A DNA stretch of 64,000 nucleotides from Octopus vulgaris (taxonomy: Eukaryota), in contig OX597815.1 of the NCBI GenBank assembly GCA_951406725.2, positions 128,402,001 through 128,466,000 of the forward strand. Reading direction: 5' to 3'. Position 1 is the stretch's first letter. Each line of letters starts with the position of its first letter. The position numbers and the translations under genes were made by a program. The notes under the pieces were generated by a model. It was not told the DNA's origin and did no database searches. It worked only from the letters and a program-made list of their open reading frames with translations. Below, in pieces: positions 1-12,905 of the stretch.

Positions 1-689
1 TTTTTGGTCTTCAGAGACAAATTAAAATTCAGTTAAATCTTTAACTATGATATTTAGCTTTTGTCTCCCTGTGCTGATGAAAAAACTTTTCTTTTTTCCT
101 TCTGTTAATATCAATACCATAAATATCAATGATGTATTGGAGTCAGTTCACTAGATTATACCTCTTCACTATAAATTGGTCACCTTATACTAATCTGAGA
201 AATCAATATTAAAACAAGTGAACTCTGAGATAAAACACGACAAAATCTCAAACAGCTTGACCTAAATATTTAGTCTACTCTTATATCTTCATTGAGCTTA
301 TGCACACATTGAAACATGTGTGTGCAGTTACATGCATACATGTATAAATGTAAGACTGCTAAAGTATTTAAGGGGGATCAGAAAATATAATGATTGAAAT
401 GTGCAAGCAAAAAAAAAGCATGAAATATAAGATTAATAGTTTTCAGTTACTCTTTAATAATCAACTAAAGAAGTATAATTAATATTATTCAGTGACTGCA
501 GTTCACCTTTAATGATTTACTTTTCTTCTAGTCTCTAAGAACTTTTGATACTGCGTCCTATGAAATTCTACCAGTGAGAGAGATTATGTCCCTTAGCTAA
601 GAGAATTTATCAGATACCTTGAGATTATTATCAAATATCACTGTCTCGAGAAAGGACTTGTTAGTAAAACTTAGAATTCTAAGAACAGT

Positions 690-1060
690 TTTGTTTTTTT
701 TCCACTTGCTGGATTTGGAAGTACCAATGATATTTGCAGGCTTTCTTAGACTAGCGAGATTGATGGCATTAATGTTTCTTTGTAAATTAACACCTATAAG
801 GAGGGCATGAGTAGGGACAGAATTCCAGAGGGAAGACATTCTAGGAGGGAAGGACTGAACTGAGTCATTAGTGCAGGGCCAATGAGTTTGGACTCAAGAA
901 GGGTGAGGATAAGAGGAAAGACAAGTGTGTCAGGAACACTTGAGTAGAGATGGCATGAAGTCTGTCAGTCTGAGCAGCAGAAGCCATTATATTAGCAGGA
1001 GAAGAGGGAGAAGAAACAAAACACCTGTGGGTCAGAGGCTGGAGTGTATTTGTGAGTAAA
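690..1060 (-). mobile_element. Degenerate 3' end of a CR1/Jockey-like LINE ORF2
   Basis: SSLWNSVPTHALLIGVNLQRNINAINL resembles the C-terminal LWNSLP...NLQ.FK motif of CR1/Jockey RT ORFs. A related copy lies at about 48440-48765. Confidence 0.6.
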
Positions 1061-2019
1061 TCTATGCCAATCAGTCAGGTGGGCCTTTTCTGGATGTTGT
1101 CATTATGTCATTCATAGTAATAATTTCAGAAGCACAAGGATAAATGGTTTGGTGGAGGGGTACCATCAGTTTAATTGATGATGCTCCACCCCTCGTATTT
1201 GACTCAGGTCAGTATTTATTTTATTGACCTTGGAAGAATGAAAGGTATGTTATGTAGTTAGATGTTGTAATACTGGCTAAATAAAGTCACATGATCAAAC
1301 TTTCAAACCTTGCCATAGCGAATGGTTTGTCTTTAATCTAAATACATTTCTATATTTGTTTCAGTCTATCTTTCTGGAAAAAGTAGATAATTTTTTCAGT
1401 TCCTAACTTGATTAAAAATTTGAAAATTGGCCAAAAGCATGTATATATATATATGTAGCATGAACCGTCCAACCCATGCTAGCATGGAAAGCGGACGCTA
1501 AACGATGATGATGATGATGATATATACTAACTCCAATAATTCCTATAAAAATATCCAAGTTTTCTAAAACTCCATCTAATCCACAGTTGCACAACAAAAA
1601 ACACTAATGTTTCATTTATATATATATATATATAAAGTGCGCACATCACAAAGTTGTAATTTGAGCCACAGAGCATCTACATTCTCACTCAGCCTGTTAG
1701 AGTTTCACAACTAAATGTCCTTTAAATTCTAACTTCTTTCACCATATCATTATCATATTTCTACAGAAATACACTGCATTTGTTTTAATTAATTTTGAAA
1801 ATAACAAAAATTAACATGACATTTCAATGGGAAATTTTGATTTAAATCACCAGAAAATAGGAAGTTTGTATCATAGAATCAGGGGCAGATTCAGGTAAGT
1901 TAGTATTAAAAGGGTTAAGGCAAAGAAAGGAGATAATAAATAATCTAGTCAGGGATACAATTTCATTGACCATAAATTTGCTTCATTAGAGTTGGCTTAG
2001 GGGTTAAACAATAACAACA

Positions 2020-2326
2020 ATAAAGCTAGTTCCACTGTATGGCACTTTGGGAAAGTCTCTTCTATTATAACCCTGGGCCAACCAAAGCCTTGTGAGCTGA
2101 TTTGGGGATGGAAATTGAAAGAAGCTTGATGTGTGTGTTTGTCCCCTACCACCACTTGACAATCAGTGTTAGTGTGTTCACATCCTTCTAACTTAGTGGG
2201 TCGGCAAAAGAGACCAATAGCATAAGTACCAGGTTTTAAAAAATAGTACTGGGGACAATACATTTGATTAAATTTCTTCAAGGTGGTGCTCCAGCATGAC
2301 TGCAGTCTAATATGACTGAAACAAGT
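2020..2326 (+). mobile_element. Abundant tRNA-derived SINE (family A), 5'-truncated
   Basis: Diagnostic blocks ggccaaccaaagccttgtgag, aacttagtgggtcggcaaaagagaccaatag and tail ggtgctccagcatgactgcagtc...actgaaacaagta recur in more than 15 places in the window. Confidence 0.8.
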
Positions 2327-2712
2327 AGGCCCCCGTGCTGGTAGCATGTAAAAAGCACCATCCGTTCGTGTCCGTTGCCAGCCTCGCCTGGCCCCCGTGC
2401 CGGTAGCACGTAAAAGCACCATCCGTTCATATCCGTTGCCAGCCTCGCCTGGCCCCCGTGCCAGTGACACGTAAAAACACCATCCGTTCGTGGCCGTTTG
2501 CCAGCTCTGTCTGGCACCTGTGCAGGTGGCACGTAAAAAGCACCCACTACACTCACGGAGTGGTTGGCGTTAGGAAGGGCATCCAGCCGTAGAAACACTG
2601 CCAAATCTGACTGGGCCTGATGAAGCCTTCCGGCCTCACAGACCCCAATTAAATCGTCCAACCCATACTAGCATAGAAAACGGACGCTGAAATGATGATG
2701 ATGATGATGATG

Positions 2713-2714
<2 letters not shown>
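2327..2714 (+). mobile_element. 5'-truncated RTE LINE 3' UTR copy with about 60-bp tandem units and (GAT)n tail
   Basis: Matches the 3' UTR of the RTE at 43933-44330; repeated gcacgtaaaagcaccatccgttcgtg unit; ends aaacggacgctgaaatgatgatgatg. Confidence 0.85.
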
Positions 2715-2743
<29 letters not shown>

Positions 2744-2819
2744 CGAAGGTTTGAAAATGCAATCTTAAAGATGTTTGTTCACTTGACTGGTTTCACTTTT
2801 TTAGAAAAAGATTGTCAAA

Positions 2820-3181
2820 AGTAAAATGTAAAAGTTTTGTATGAGCTTTGTTGTGTTAAGTACTGGTTATCACAAAAGTATTAAAATACAGAAATGCATT
2901 CTTTGATAATAATAAGAAAATGTTAAAAAACAGTTTACAAGAAAGAAAGTATTTGAGAAAGTAATCAGAACGGGACTCCAAAAAGTAGAGTTCAATAAAA
3001 ATCATGTTTTATTGAATTCTACTTTTTGGAGTCCCGTTCTGAATACTTTCTTAAATACTTTCTTGTAAACTGTTTTTTACGTTTTCTTATTATCATCAAA
3101 GAATATATCTCTGTATTTTAATACTTTTGTGATAACCAGTACTTAACACAACAAAGCTCATACAAAGCTTTACATTTTACT
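2820..3181. repeat. Long near-perfect inverted repeat (foldback), arms about 180 bp
   Basis: gtatgagctttgttgtgttaagtactggttatcacaaaagtattaaaatacaga is mirrored by tctgtattttaatacttttgtgataaccagtacttaacacaacaaagctcatac. Centre aataaaa-atcatg-ttttatt at about 3003. Confidence 0.92.
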
Positions 3182-3400
3182 CTTTCCTCCTGCATCTAGC
3201 AACTCACCTGCGACGGACCGGTATCCTGTCCAGGTGGGGAACCTATTATATATATGTATATATATATATATATAACACAACTTTAATAAACATAATGATA
3301 GTAGTACTCTTAATACAGAAGGCAATGTGATGATGGTGATAGTGGTGGTGAAGTTACAAATAAAGAAAGCAAGCAATCAATCAAAAATAGTAAAAAATAC

Positions 3401-3582
3401 TTGTTCTCTAAGTGTGCGATATCCTCATCACGATTTTGAGTGATATTTTCAATGTCCATAGCATACGAATGTTCCAAGTTTAAAAGTGTCTCTAAAGCAG
3501 GAGAATGGATCAAAGTGTGATAGACTTCAGAGAAAACTTGTTCATTTGTTACTTCTTCTGGTTTAGCAAATTCTTTCACTTC
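3401..3582 (-). CDS. C12orf4: Internal exon of C12orf4/FERRY3 (FERRY complex subunit 3) orthologue
   Basis: Acceptor TTTCAG|GAA at 3582, donor AA|GTATTT at 3401; 182 bp. Translation [60 protein letters not shown](K) aligns without gaps to the recalled human C12orf4 segment [61 protein letters not shown]. Phase 0 start matches the upstream exon. Confidence 0.93.
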
Positions 3583-4213
3583 CTGAAATTATAGATTAGT
3601 TCAGAAGTTATAAGATCAAAATATTAAACACTTTACTCTGTTAAAGTTTTATTTTTTAAAGTAAAGTATATCAGGGATTCCTAATATTAGAGGATCTAAT
3701 CAATTACTAAATATTCCAATAATAACAGGTATAACTAAGAAAAGAATCATAACAAATGCATAATAGGCAGTAACAATTACATTATACAATTTATCATCAT
3801 TTAATAAAGACCCCAGTTGATCTAGTTCTGCATGAATTATTAATCATAGGGGTATACTTAGTAGTCCTGATCAAATTCCAAATTTGAAGTATGATAATTA
3901 TTATAGCTAATCTCGGTGCATGTGTACTTGTGTATTATGAAGTTTGCTTCATAACAACAGTTTTGGGTTCCACCCCATTGTGTGGTAACTGAGACAAGAG
4001 TCTTCTACTTTTGCTTCAAATTATTGACCTGAAGCTATAGTAGTAAACCCTTGTAAGGGAGAATGATTCAGGGAAATTATTCAGAAGTCTATTGTGTGTG
4101 CATATGTCTATGGTATGCAAATTAATAGCCCCACTTTTCTGAAGGTACTGTAATTGTTTGTGTATGTAAACAGAATGGCTGCTTATTTCTCTGGGATCGG
4201 TCAAATTGATGTA

Positions 4214-4263
4214 AACACCTCTGATGAGAATCTAATGAGATTTGAAAATCAATTAAGGTTGTT
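4214..4263 (+). ncRNA. Minimal type I hammerhead ribozyme-like motif
   Basis: Stem I aacacct / aggt(t)gtt; core CTGATGA (4221-4227); stem II gaatct-aatg-agattt; GAAA (4244-4247); short stem III a-tcaa-t; UH = TA. Confidence 0.6.
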
Positions 4264-4348
4264 CATAATTTTTTTTTTCAGTCTATGGAAAAATAGCTAA
4301 ATTAGCACTGTTTATTTATCTACTATATAGGTCACACATACATATACA

Positions 4349-4725
4349 TGTATTAAAACAAAGAATGGAATTAATGACACTATTTTAATACTGTAGTTAC
4401 AAATGTTTCTTTACAACATGGGAAATACATTTTATGAATATAGATATTAATATCAATAATAATATAGATATAATAAATTTATAATAAAATGTATATATAC
4501 ATTTAGATATTTTCTTGTGTGAAAATCTTCAGACAGTTTCAATATAATAATGTTAAAGATTTACATGTGGGAAAAGATCTATATTTATGTCTGTATTTTA
4601 TTACGAATTTATATTATTATTAATTTCAATAACTATATTCATAAAATTTATTTCCCATGTAACGAAACATTTGTAACTACAGTATTAAAATAGTACCATA
4701 AATTCCAGTTTTTGTTTTTAATACA
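4349..4725. repeat. Long diverged inverted repeat (foldback)
   Basis: actattttaatactgtagttacaaatgtttc is mirrored by gaaacatttgtaactacagtattaaaatagt; catgggaaatacattttatgaatatag is mirrored by ctatattcataaaatttatttcccatg. Confidence 0.85.
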
Positions 4726-5038
4726 CATTTACTCTGTGAATGATAATACTTGACCAGAAATTTCAACTTATATGCATGGTTTTCTCATTTATACATTTGC
4801 TAGCCAGAATATGTACATATACTTCATGAAGACAGCTTAGATTATTATCCTTTATATGATGTCAAGCACCACTGCTGATATTGGGGGTTGCGTTGTATTC
4901 CTTGACCTGAGCATAGTACTGGGCTCGCCTCTTTGCACTGGGAAATTAATGGAATGCCTGGTGTGTGTCTTGTTGTAGATAGCCACTTCCTAAGAAAATA
5001 GGGAACAGGCCTGGGTATATATAAAAGATTATATATAA

Positions 5039-5073
<35 letters not shown>

Positions 5074-5209
5074 TTCTTTGGCTAGGTAACCATGTACCTC
5101 CACTACAGCAAAACACCTGTTTCTGTCTTTCTGTCATATTCATCATTTGACACAAGATCACCTCCTCCAATGCCCCCTGCCTCTCAAAGATTCCTTGTAT
5201 TGCAAAGTT

Positions 5210-5512
5210 ATTTGGAAACCCTGCCAGTGCAGGTGCCACTTAAAAAGCATCCAGTCCACACTGTAAAGTGGTTGGTATTTGAAAGGGCATCCAGCTGTAA
5301 AATCCATGCCAAAACTGACCTTGCCTATGCTGGTGCCACATAAAAAGCACTCAACCCACTCTGCGGAGTGGTTGGTGCTAAGGAGGGCATGCAGTTGTAA
5401 AAACTATGCCAAAATAGACACAAAAGTATGGTGCAGGCTTCTGTCTGGCAAGCTCATATCAAACCGTCCAACCCATGCCAGCATGGAAGGAGGACATTAA
5501 ATGATGATGATA
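5210..5512 (+). mobile_element. RTE-type 3' UTR fragment with internal duplication and (GAT)n tail
   Basis: Two consecutive ggtgccac..aaaagca...gtggttgg..aagggcat.cagctgtaaaa units, then aaccgtccaacccatgccagcatggaa...atgatgatga. Confidence 0.7.
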
Positions 5513-5604
5513 ATATATATATATATATATATATATATCATCACACACAACATGGACAAAATTTCTTCTTAGGAAAAAATACATATTCAAAAAAGTAGAA
5601 CATA

Positions 5605-5639
5605 ATATCATGAATAGCGATAGCGAAACTGGTCGATAT
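5605..5639 (+). ncRNA. Minimal type I hammerhead-like motif with A3/U8 core variant
   Basis: atatc-ATGAATA-gc(gata)gc-GAAA-c(tg)g-TC-gatat. Stem I is 5 bp and perfect, stem II is 2 bp, cleavage triplet is GUC. Confidence 0.5.
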
Positions 5640-6396
5640 ATTAAAAATTATATTAAAACTATGTAAGTGTGCGTATTTTCCTTTTTTAATTTCTTATATA
5701 TATATATATATATATACATATACTCATGTATTTATGTGATGGTAATGTTAAGTGTCCTTGAAAAACAGGTAAGGATTAGGGGCAGGAAGAGTGTCCAGTC
5801 TTAGAATATTGGAATATTGCTGCAATAAGATTCATCCAGTGCCACCATCAAAACCACAAATGTAAAGATGATGATGATGATAATGACAATGATGACAATG
5901 TTAGACAGAACCTGTAATAACTGTTTGGGAAGTTACATTGGAATGGTTACCCAATATCTTCGGCAGGTAGAATATGAAACTAGGCTTCTGAGTTGTGATT
6001 TTTCACAAGAGCAATCCTGGAACAAAATAGCACCTGTTTATCTGCAACAGATAAACATTCATCTATGGAGTCTACTGACATGTATTTCTAAATTATGAGA
6101 GACAGCCTCCTTCTGAAGAATCAGCCTAAGGAACCAACTTATAATTAGCTTTCATCTAAGGAGCTAGCATTACAAATTGGCATTTGTCTGAAGAGTCAAC
6201 TAATATGACACTTACATTCAGTTCAGGAGATAATTTTCAGTACACAACCCTCTATATGACTGTGTTGGATACTTGCACAGAGATTCCCAAATGAGAATTT
6301 GTTTAATATTAAATTTAACAACTACCAAATGAGAATTTGTTTAAGATTAAACTTTGTTAAACTTAACCATTACTTATTTAATATTATAGTGACCAA

Positions 6397-6612
6397 AGGC
6401 AGTGAGCTGGCAGAAACGTTAGCATGGTGGGAGAAATGTTTAGTGGTATTTCACCTGTCATTATGTTCTGAGTCCAAATTCTGCTACAGTTGACTTTGTC
6501 TTTCATTATTTCAGGGTCAATAAATTAAGTACCAGTTGTGTACTGAGGTCAACCTAATTGACTGGCTCCTGTCCCCAAAATTTCAGACCTTGTGCCTCAA
6601 GTAGAAAAGAAT
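6397..6612 (+). mobile_element. tRNA-derived SINE (family B, Meta-domain-like)
   Basis: ggcagtgagctggcagaaacgttagc head and central gactttgtctttcat..ttcagggtcaataaattaagtaccag block, shared with copies at 12335, 51473 and 61130. Confidence 0.75.
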
Positions 6613-6819
6613 ATTTTAGTGACCAGTCATTTTCTTTATGAATCATAATGGCTCAAGAGGAAGTCATGAGTAGTAGTGCGCATGAAAATGGCATTTTTTT
6701 TTGCTTTGATCTGATTGGTGTTTTTTCAATGTAACCATGGAATCAATTACATTATCAAATTATAGAAAAATTTAAATGAAATGCGGAAAATTTTATCAGA
6801 TATTATTTATCTTTTATCA

Positions 6820-7210
6820 TTTACTTGTTTCAGTCACTGGACTGTGGCCATGCTGGGGTATTACCTTGACAGGTGTAGCTGAACAAATTCACCCCAGTAC
6901 TTATTTTTTATGTGTGATACTTATTCTTTCAGACTTTTTTTTGTTTGTTGAACTGCTAAGTTACAGGGGATATAAATAAACACTGGTTAGGTAGTGGGTG
7001 GGTTTACAAAAACACACACACACATGCAGAAACCCACACCTGCAGGCTTCCACAGTCCCCACCCCACCACCACCAAATTCACTCACAAGGCATTAGTCAA
7101 CCTGGAGTTATAGTAGAAGACACTTGCCCAAGGTGTGAAGCAGTGGGACTGAACCTGAAACCATGTGGTTGCAAAATAAGCTTCTGAACCACACAGCCAA
7201 GCCTGAGCCT
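6820..7210 (-). mobile_element. SINE family A, near full length, intronic
   Basis: Reverse complement of the family A sequence from tail (tttacttgtttcagtca) to tRNA-like head (aaccacacagcca). Confidence 0.8.
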
Positions 7211-7275
7211 TCCTATTTAATAATCATTTTGTATTTTTCATCAAGAATGGAATGGGGAAATTGCATAAATGTTAC

Positions 7276-7421
7276 CTGAGTGAATGCTTTTGTCCATTTT
7301 TTGACCAAGTCATCAGCTGACACTTCTCCAGATTTCACTCGATTAAGAGCAGCTTCACCATCCAAGTCATATAAATTCTTGGTTTCTTCACAAATGAAAG
7401 AGTCCAATGAGTTCTTCAAGC
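7276..7421 (-). CDS. C12orf4: Internal exon of C12orf4/FERRY3 orthologue (upstream of the 3401-3582 exon)
   Basis: Polypyrimidine tract plus TTTAG|GC acceptor at 7421, donor CAG|GTAAC at 7276; 146 bp. Translation LKNSLDSFICEETKNLYDLDGEAALNRVKSGEVSADDLVKKWTKAFTQ matches recalled human [48 protein letters not shown]. Splices in frame to the next exon. Confidence 0.92.
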
Positions 7422-8103
7422 CTAAATAAAAAAAACAAAAAGTAATTTTTTTTTTTTAAATCTGTAAATGTACTTTGAACAAAATATAAAACTCTATTAA
7501 ATATAATTCTTCTTTGGCATACTCCCTTTATTCATGCTTCAAATATTATCCACTATAGCAAAACATGGACTAGAGATAAGTATGTTGGGCTCATAAATCA
7601 TAAAATCATGGATTCAAATCAGACTGGGTGGTGATATGCTGTGTCCTTGAGCAAGAAACTTCACTTCATGTTGTTCAAGGCTACTCCCCTGAAATGAGTA
7701 TCAGCAGCTGGAGTTAACCCAACGACAGACCAGCATCACATCCAGTGAAATGTCTCATACTCTCAAATACTTATACACCACATAAACCAAGATATGTTCT
7801 GGCCTAATCCAGTAGACTTAAGACAAACTCTAACTATTAACATAACACAGGTTGCAATGACACACTGAAGAACTTACTGTTGGCTCAGTGGAAGAGAGCG
7901 CAAACATTCACAATCAACACTACCACAAGCCCCTCAATGCCAATAATATCTTTACATCAACTTTTTCTAATTTTCTCAAAATTAGTTGATTAAAAAGTAC
8001 CAACACAAAACAGTAAACTAGCTGAGCTGTTACAGCAAGAGACTTGGTGTCTAGCAGTATCTGCCCTGGCTTTATGAGGTTTTCACAGCAATACCAACAC
8101 CAG

Positions 8104-9076
8104 TTGTCTTTCATCCTCTTGGGGTTGATAAAAAGTGTAAATCTAGGATGAGAGATTCATAGAACCGTTAGAACAATGAGACATGTCAATCTGTATTGAC
8201 CTAACTCAACGGTCTTTCTTTTGGATAAGCGGCTGGGGAAGAGGGAAGATTTGCGTGTACAAGCAACTGTTACTCATTTAAAAAAAACCTTGCCCAAGTT
8301 TTCATCTTTTCCTTGCTTCACTCACTGGACTGTGGCCATGCTGGGGTACTACCTTGAAGGGTTTTAGTCAAACAAATTGACCTCAGTATTTTTTTTATTA
8401 AGCTTAGTACTTATTCTATTGGTCTCTTTTGTTGAACTACAAAGTTATGGGGAGGTAAAGAGAAACCAACAGCAGTTGCAATGAGGGGATACATACAAAG
8501 ACAGACAGACAGACAGACAGACACACACACAAACTTCCACAAAGTTAGCACGTACCACTCACAAGAAATTGATTGCCCCTGAATCTATAGCAGAAGGCAC
8601 TTTGCAACCATGTGATTTCAGGATCAGTCTCACTGCATGGCATTAAAACAAGACAAGGAAGAAGCAGAGTCTTTAGAGCATCAACTACAAGCTAGAATCC
8701 TCATCACCATTGTCATGATTTAACATCCATTTTCCATGTTGGCATGGGTTGGAAGGTTTGACAGGAGCTGGAAAGACCAGGAGCCATACCAGGTTCCATC
8801 GTCTCTAAAGCTGGATGCCCTTCCTAACACCAACCACTTTACAGAGTGTACTGGGTACTTTTTATATGGCACCAACATCAGTGCTTTTTAAGTGAAATCA
8901 GCACCAGTGCTTTTTATGTGGCACCAGCACCAGTGCTTTGTAAGTGGCACTAGCACTTATCATAGTATTTGTTCCAACTCTGCACTTTGAGTACAAATTT
9001 TTCCATGATCAACTTTGTCTTTCATCCTCTTGGGGTTGATAAAAAGTGTAAATCTAGGATGAGAGATTCATAGAAC
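8104..9076 (+). repeat. Local direct duplication of about 62 bp (8104-8165 and 9015-9076)
   Basis: Identical ttgtctttcatcctcttggggttgataaaaagtgtaaatctaggatgagagattcatagaac at both sites. Confidence 0.85.
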
Positions 9077-12000
9077 TATCAGAACACAAGACATGATATC
9101 TTGTGGCATTTGCTTCAGTTCTTTGCATTCTGGTAGCAATGCCTGCAACAAAACTGATGGCAAATTATATTGATATTATTAGGAGTATGTTGCATGTATG
9201 GGTAATAACTAGTCCCCCCCCCACTAAAACAAAAAAAAAAAAAGAAAGAAAAACACTCTTGGTCAGGCCTGTCCCTTGCAAAGGAACTTTGCAGTTGCAG
9301 AAACCCATAATCCAGTCATGACTGAAGGGCATTCTAACAAATAAATCTAATTTTAGCACAAGGCCAGCAATTTCAAGGAGAGGAACCAAGATGATTACAT
9401 TGGTTCCATTATTTGACTAGTATTTTATTTTAGTGACCCTGAAAGGATAAAAGACAAAGTTGACTTTGGTGGGATTAGAACTCAGAATGCAAAGAGCCAG
9501 AAGAAATGCCACTAAGCATTTTGTCCAATATGCCAACAATTCTGCCATCTCACCAATACAATTTCTAGCTGTTTATTTTACATTCTCTGCACTAGTCATT
9601 ATTAAACATTATATACAAACATAGAACTTTGAAATTTCCAATATTGTAATATGTCTGTTAAACTTGAATAATAATATTCAAGTTTACTTAAATATTATTC
9701 AAGTCTACCACATTATAATGTTCAGTACAGTACATATCAATTCCCGTATGATATCACTGGAAACAGTTGGCAATCTGACTTCATGATTAAATACTTAATA
9801 TTAAAAAAGACATCATGTTAACAGTGGGATGGTGGTAGCACTCACTACATTAAAATTAGAAAATATCTGAATTTGAGGAACAACCAAACCATACAGAAAT
9901 AGGTATAATGAGGCAATAGGGGATAAATAATTAAATGTCACAACATTAGATAGACTGCAATAAAAAAAAAAAAAAAAGCCATAGTACTCTTATCAATGAA
10001 GAAGATTTTGGTTTGGTATCATCACTACAACATTCAACTCTTCTAAATGTCTCTAAATATTTTTTTCAATTTTGATAATTGCTAACATGCATATTCGACA
10101 TTTACTTCTAAAGGGATGAGCATGAAATTTATTGCTTTCAAAATCTCCACAAATGTTGGAGCTTATATCGAAATGAAAACTCTTAATACACTAGGGAGTA
10201 CAGTTCAAACTAATATGCATCGGTTTTCTTTGGTGTTAAACTCCAAAATTAAAACAGCAAGATAAAAAATAATTTTTTTTTCAATTTTATTTATGTATTT
10301 TTATTACAATTAGCTCTACCAAATATCCACAAATTTATTGACAGTATTGTATCTGTATATACTTTATAATTGATTTCTTGCATAAAAATTATTGATTTCT
10401 TAACATACAATTTTATAAAATATGAAATTAAAAAACACAAGAGGAAAATTATTTAACAAACTTTTCTTTGAAGTCTGCAACTAATGTTGGTAACACAAAA
10501 TTAAAAAATGAAATAAAATAAAAAAAAAATAAAGCTCTAGAATGAAATGAATTTACTTTTCTATAATTTATATTTAGCTCTATCACACTGCTGAAAACTA
10601 GGTCTTTCGATATATTTCTTTCTTAGTATTTTATTTAACTGTGGTTAGTTAGGGCTTCATAAGGTACAAAAATAATATTTTTTTTTAGATGTCAGTACAT
10701 GAAAATATTTCATGTGAGGTGGCAATGGCAATATAACATTGATATCTGCTCCAAAAATTTCAGGAAAATATTAGTTTCATTCAATTGGTAATTAGGCACA
10801 CCACCACTATTTGATTGAAAACAGTGGTGGTATTTAACTAATCAACAACAGGAGTATGATTTGAACTTGTACTTAACTAAACACAGTCATGAATTTAGCT
10901 CTATGATCTTATTGATTCAAGCAAATATTGAAAATTTCCACTACCACCTGATTTATGATGTAATCAAATTTGATGATGATGAGGTGATGACAAAGCTGAT
11001 GCTGTTGACTATGACTAATGAATAAGCTAATGCCACATCACATTCATCAAATGATTACTAATGGTTCAAACTGTCTGGAGAGCTGCCCACCAGACACAGG
11101 GCTAGTTTTTCTTTATAGTATCAGTGTTTAATCCCAGATCAGCCCTGATTAACTAAACCTATGATTATGATATTTAAGCCTTACCATCCTTTCTTGCCTT
11201 CTCTTTTAAATGTTTCAGCCATTAGACTGTAACCATGCTGGGGCACCACCATGAGAGGTCTTAGACAAACAGATCAACTCCAGTAATTATTTTTTCAAGT
11301 CTGGGACCTATTCTATTGATTTCTCTCTCTCTCAGTAGTTAAGCAGCAAGGGAAAGGGAGACAAACACACACACACACAATGCTGGGCTTCTAAACAATT
11401 CCTATCAACCAAATTCACTCATAAGGCATTGGTTGACTAAAAATTATAGAAGACATTTGCCCAAGGCATACCGTAGGACTGAACCTAAAACAATGTGGTT
11501 TCAAAGTGAGCTGCCTAAAACCACATAATCAAATGTGTTATTTTTTAAGCCAGCAGAGTGCAATCTGAGAGAGATTTTGACTGCTGTTTCTAGAAAGCTA
11601 AACGACTCAATAGAGGCCTATGTCTTTGACTAGTTTGTTTACAGCATCAGTGTAAATTGTACAACAATTTCCACACATTCTTCTTCTCCTCCTCTTCCTA
11701 ATAAGGTCTCAGCAGTAAACCTAGCCAGGGAACCAAAAGATTGAAGGAATTTCAAAAGGATGGATGATGCATGTTGTGTACGTGGAACAGGTTGAAATAC
11801 TGATGCAGTTCATTGAATCTCATGGTTTGTATAAATATTCTTTTTGATACTTTGAAATAAAGGAAAACATGATAAGAAGATGTGGTCAAGTTTAAAACTC
11901 AGGATACTGGGTCTTTTGGAAAAAAGATGACACAGAACTGGGATGAGTCATGATATGTCATACTGCAGAGCTATCAAATACTGTTGGGATGGAACAGTGG

Positions 12001-12334
12001 TGGAGATGGTGGTGAAGGTGATGATGATGATGACTGAAAAAATAAGAAGTGGAAATAGCAGATAAAGTAGAGGCACCATACTAAATACTTTACAGCTATT
12101 TAGTTTTATCCTACCCAGAATATACGTCTAAACTTTGATGCAGTTAACTGTCTTTCATTTATCCAGAAGAATTATATGTACCAGTAGTATAATGTATTTA
12201 TAGTGTATGTGCGTGTGTGTAGTGGGGTTGGAATTTAGATATTTATTCCATCACATCCACAATAATTTAGGGCTTGTCCTATGTAAAAACAAAATCATTG
12301 AGAAAAAGAAAAGCAATATTCCTGAGATGTGAGC

Positions 12335-12905
12335 AAGATGGCAGAATCGTTAGCATGCTGGGCAAAATGCTTAGTGGCATTTCGTCTGTCTTTATGTTCT
12401 GAGTTCAAATCCTGTTGAGGTTGACTTTGCCTTTCATCTTTTCAGAATTTATAAATGCTAGTTGAACACTGAAGTCAAATTAATTGACTTACCTCACCCC
12501 AATAAATTGCTGGTCTTGTGCCAAAATTTGAAACCAATAAAAGCACCACCCAAATGTGGTCAATGCCAGGTTTGTCTGACTGGCTCCCGTGCTGGTGGTA
12601 CGTAAAAAGCACTGACCAATTGTGGCTGAAGCCAGTACCCCATGACTGGCTCTTGTACCGGTTGCACGTAAAAGCACCATCTGAATGTGATCGATGCCAG
12701 GCCTGCCTGACTGGATCCTGTGCCAGTGGCACATAAAAAGCACCCACTACACTCCTGGAGTGGTTGGCGTTAGGAAGGGCTTCCAGCTGTAGAAACATTG
12801 CCAGATCAGATTGGAGCCTGGTGCAGCTGCTGGATCTCCAGACCTCAGTCAAACCATCCAACCCATACCAGCATGGAAAACGAACGTTAAACGATGATGA
12901 TGATG
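12335..12905 (+). mobile_element. SINE family B immediately followed by an RTE 3' UTR copy with (GAT)n tail
   Basis: Family B head gcaagatggcagaatcgttagcatgc to about 12540, then aaaagcacc tandem units and cgttaaacgatgatgatgatg. Confidence 0.75.

Noticed and set aside
2327-2560. CRISPR-like repeat array
   Set aside because: Eukaryotic context; the units are degenerate tandem repeats without unique spacers and are part of the RTE 3' UTR.
6185-6215. CTGAAGA-gtca...tgac hammerhead half
   Set aside because: GAAA and the cleavage-site strand are missing.
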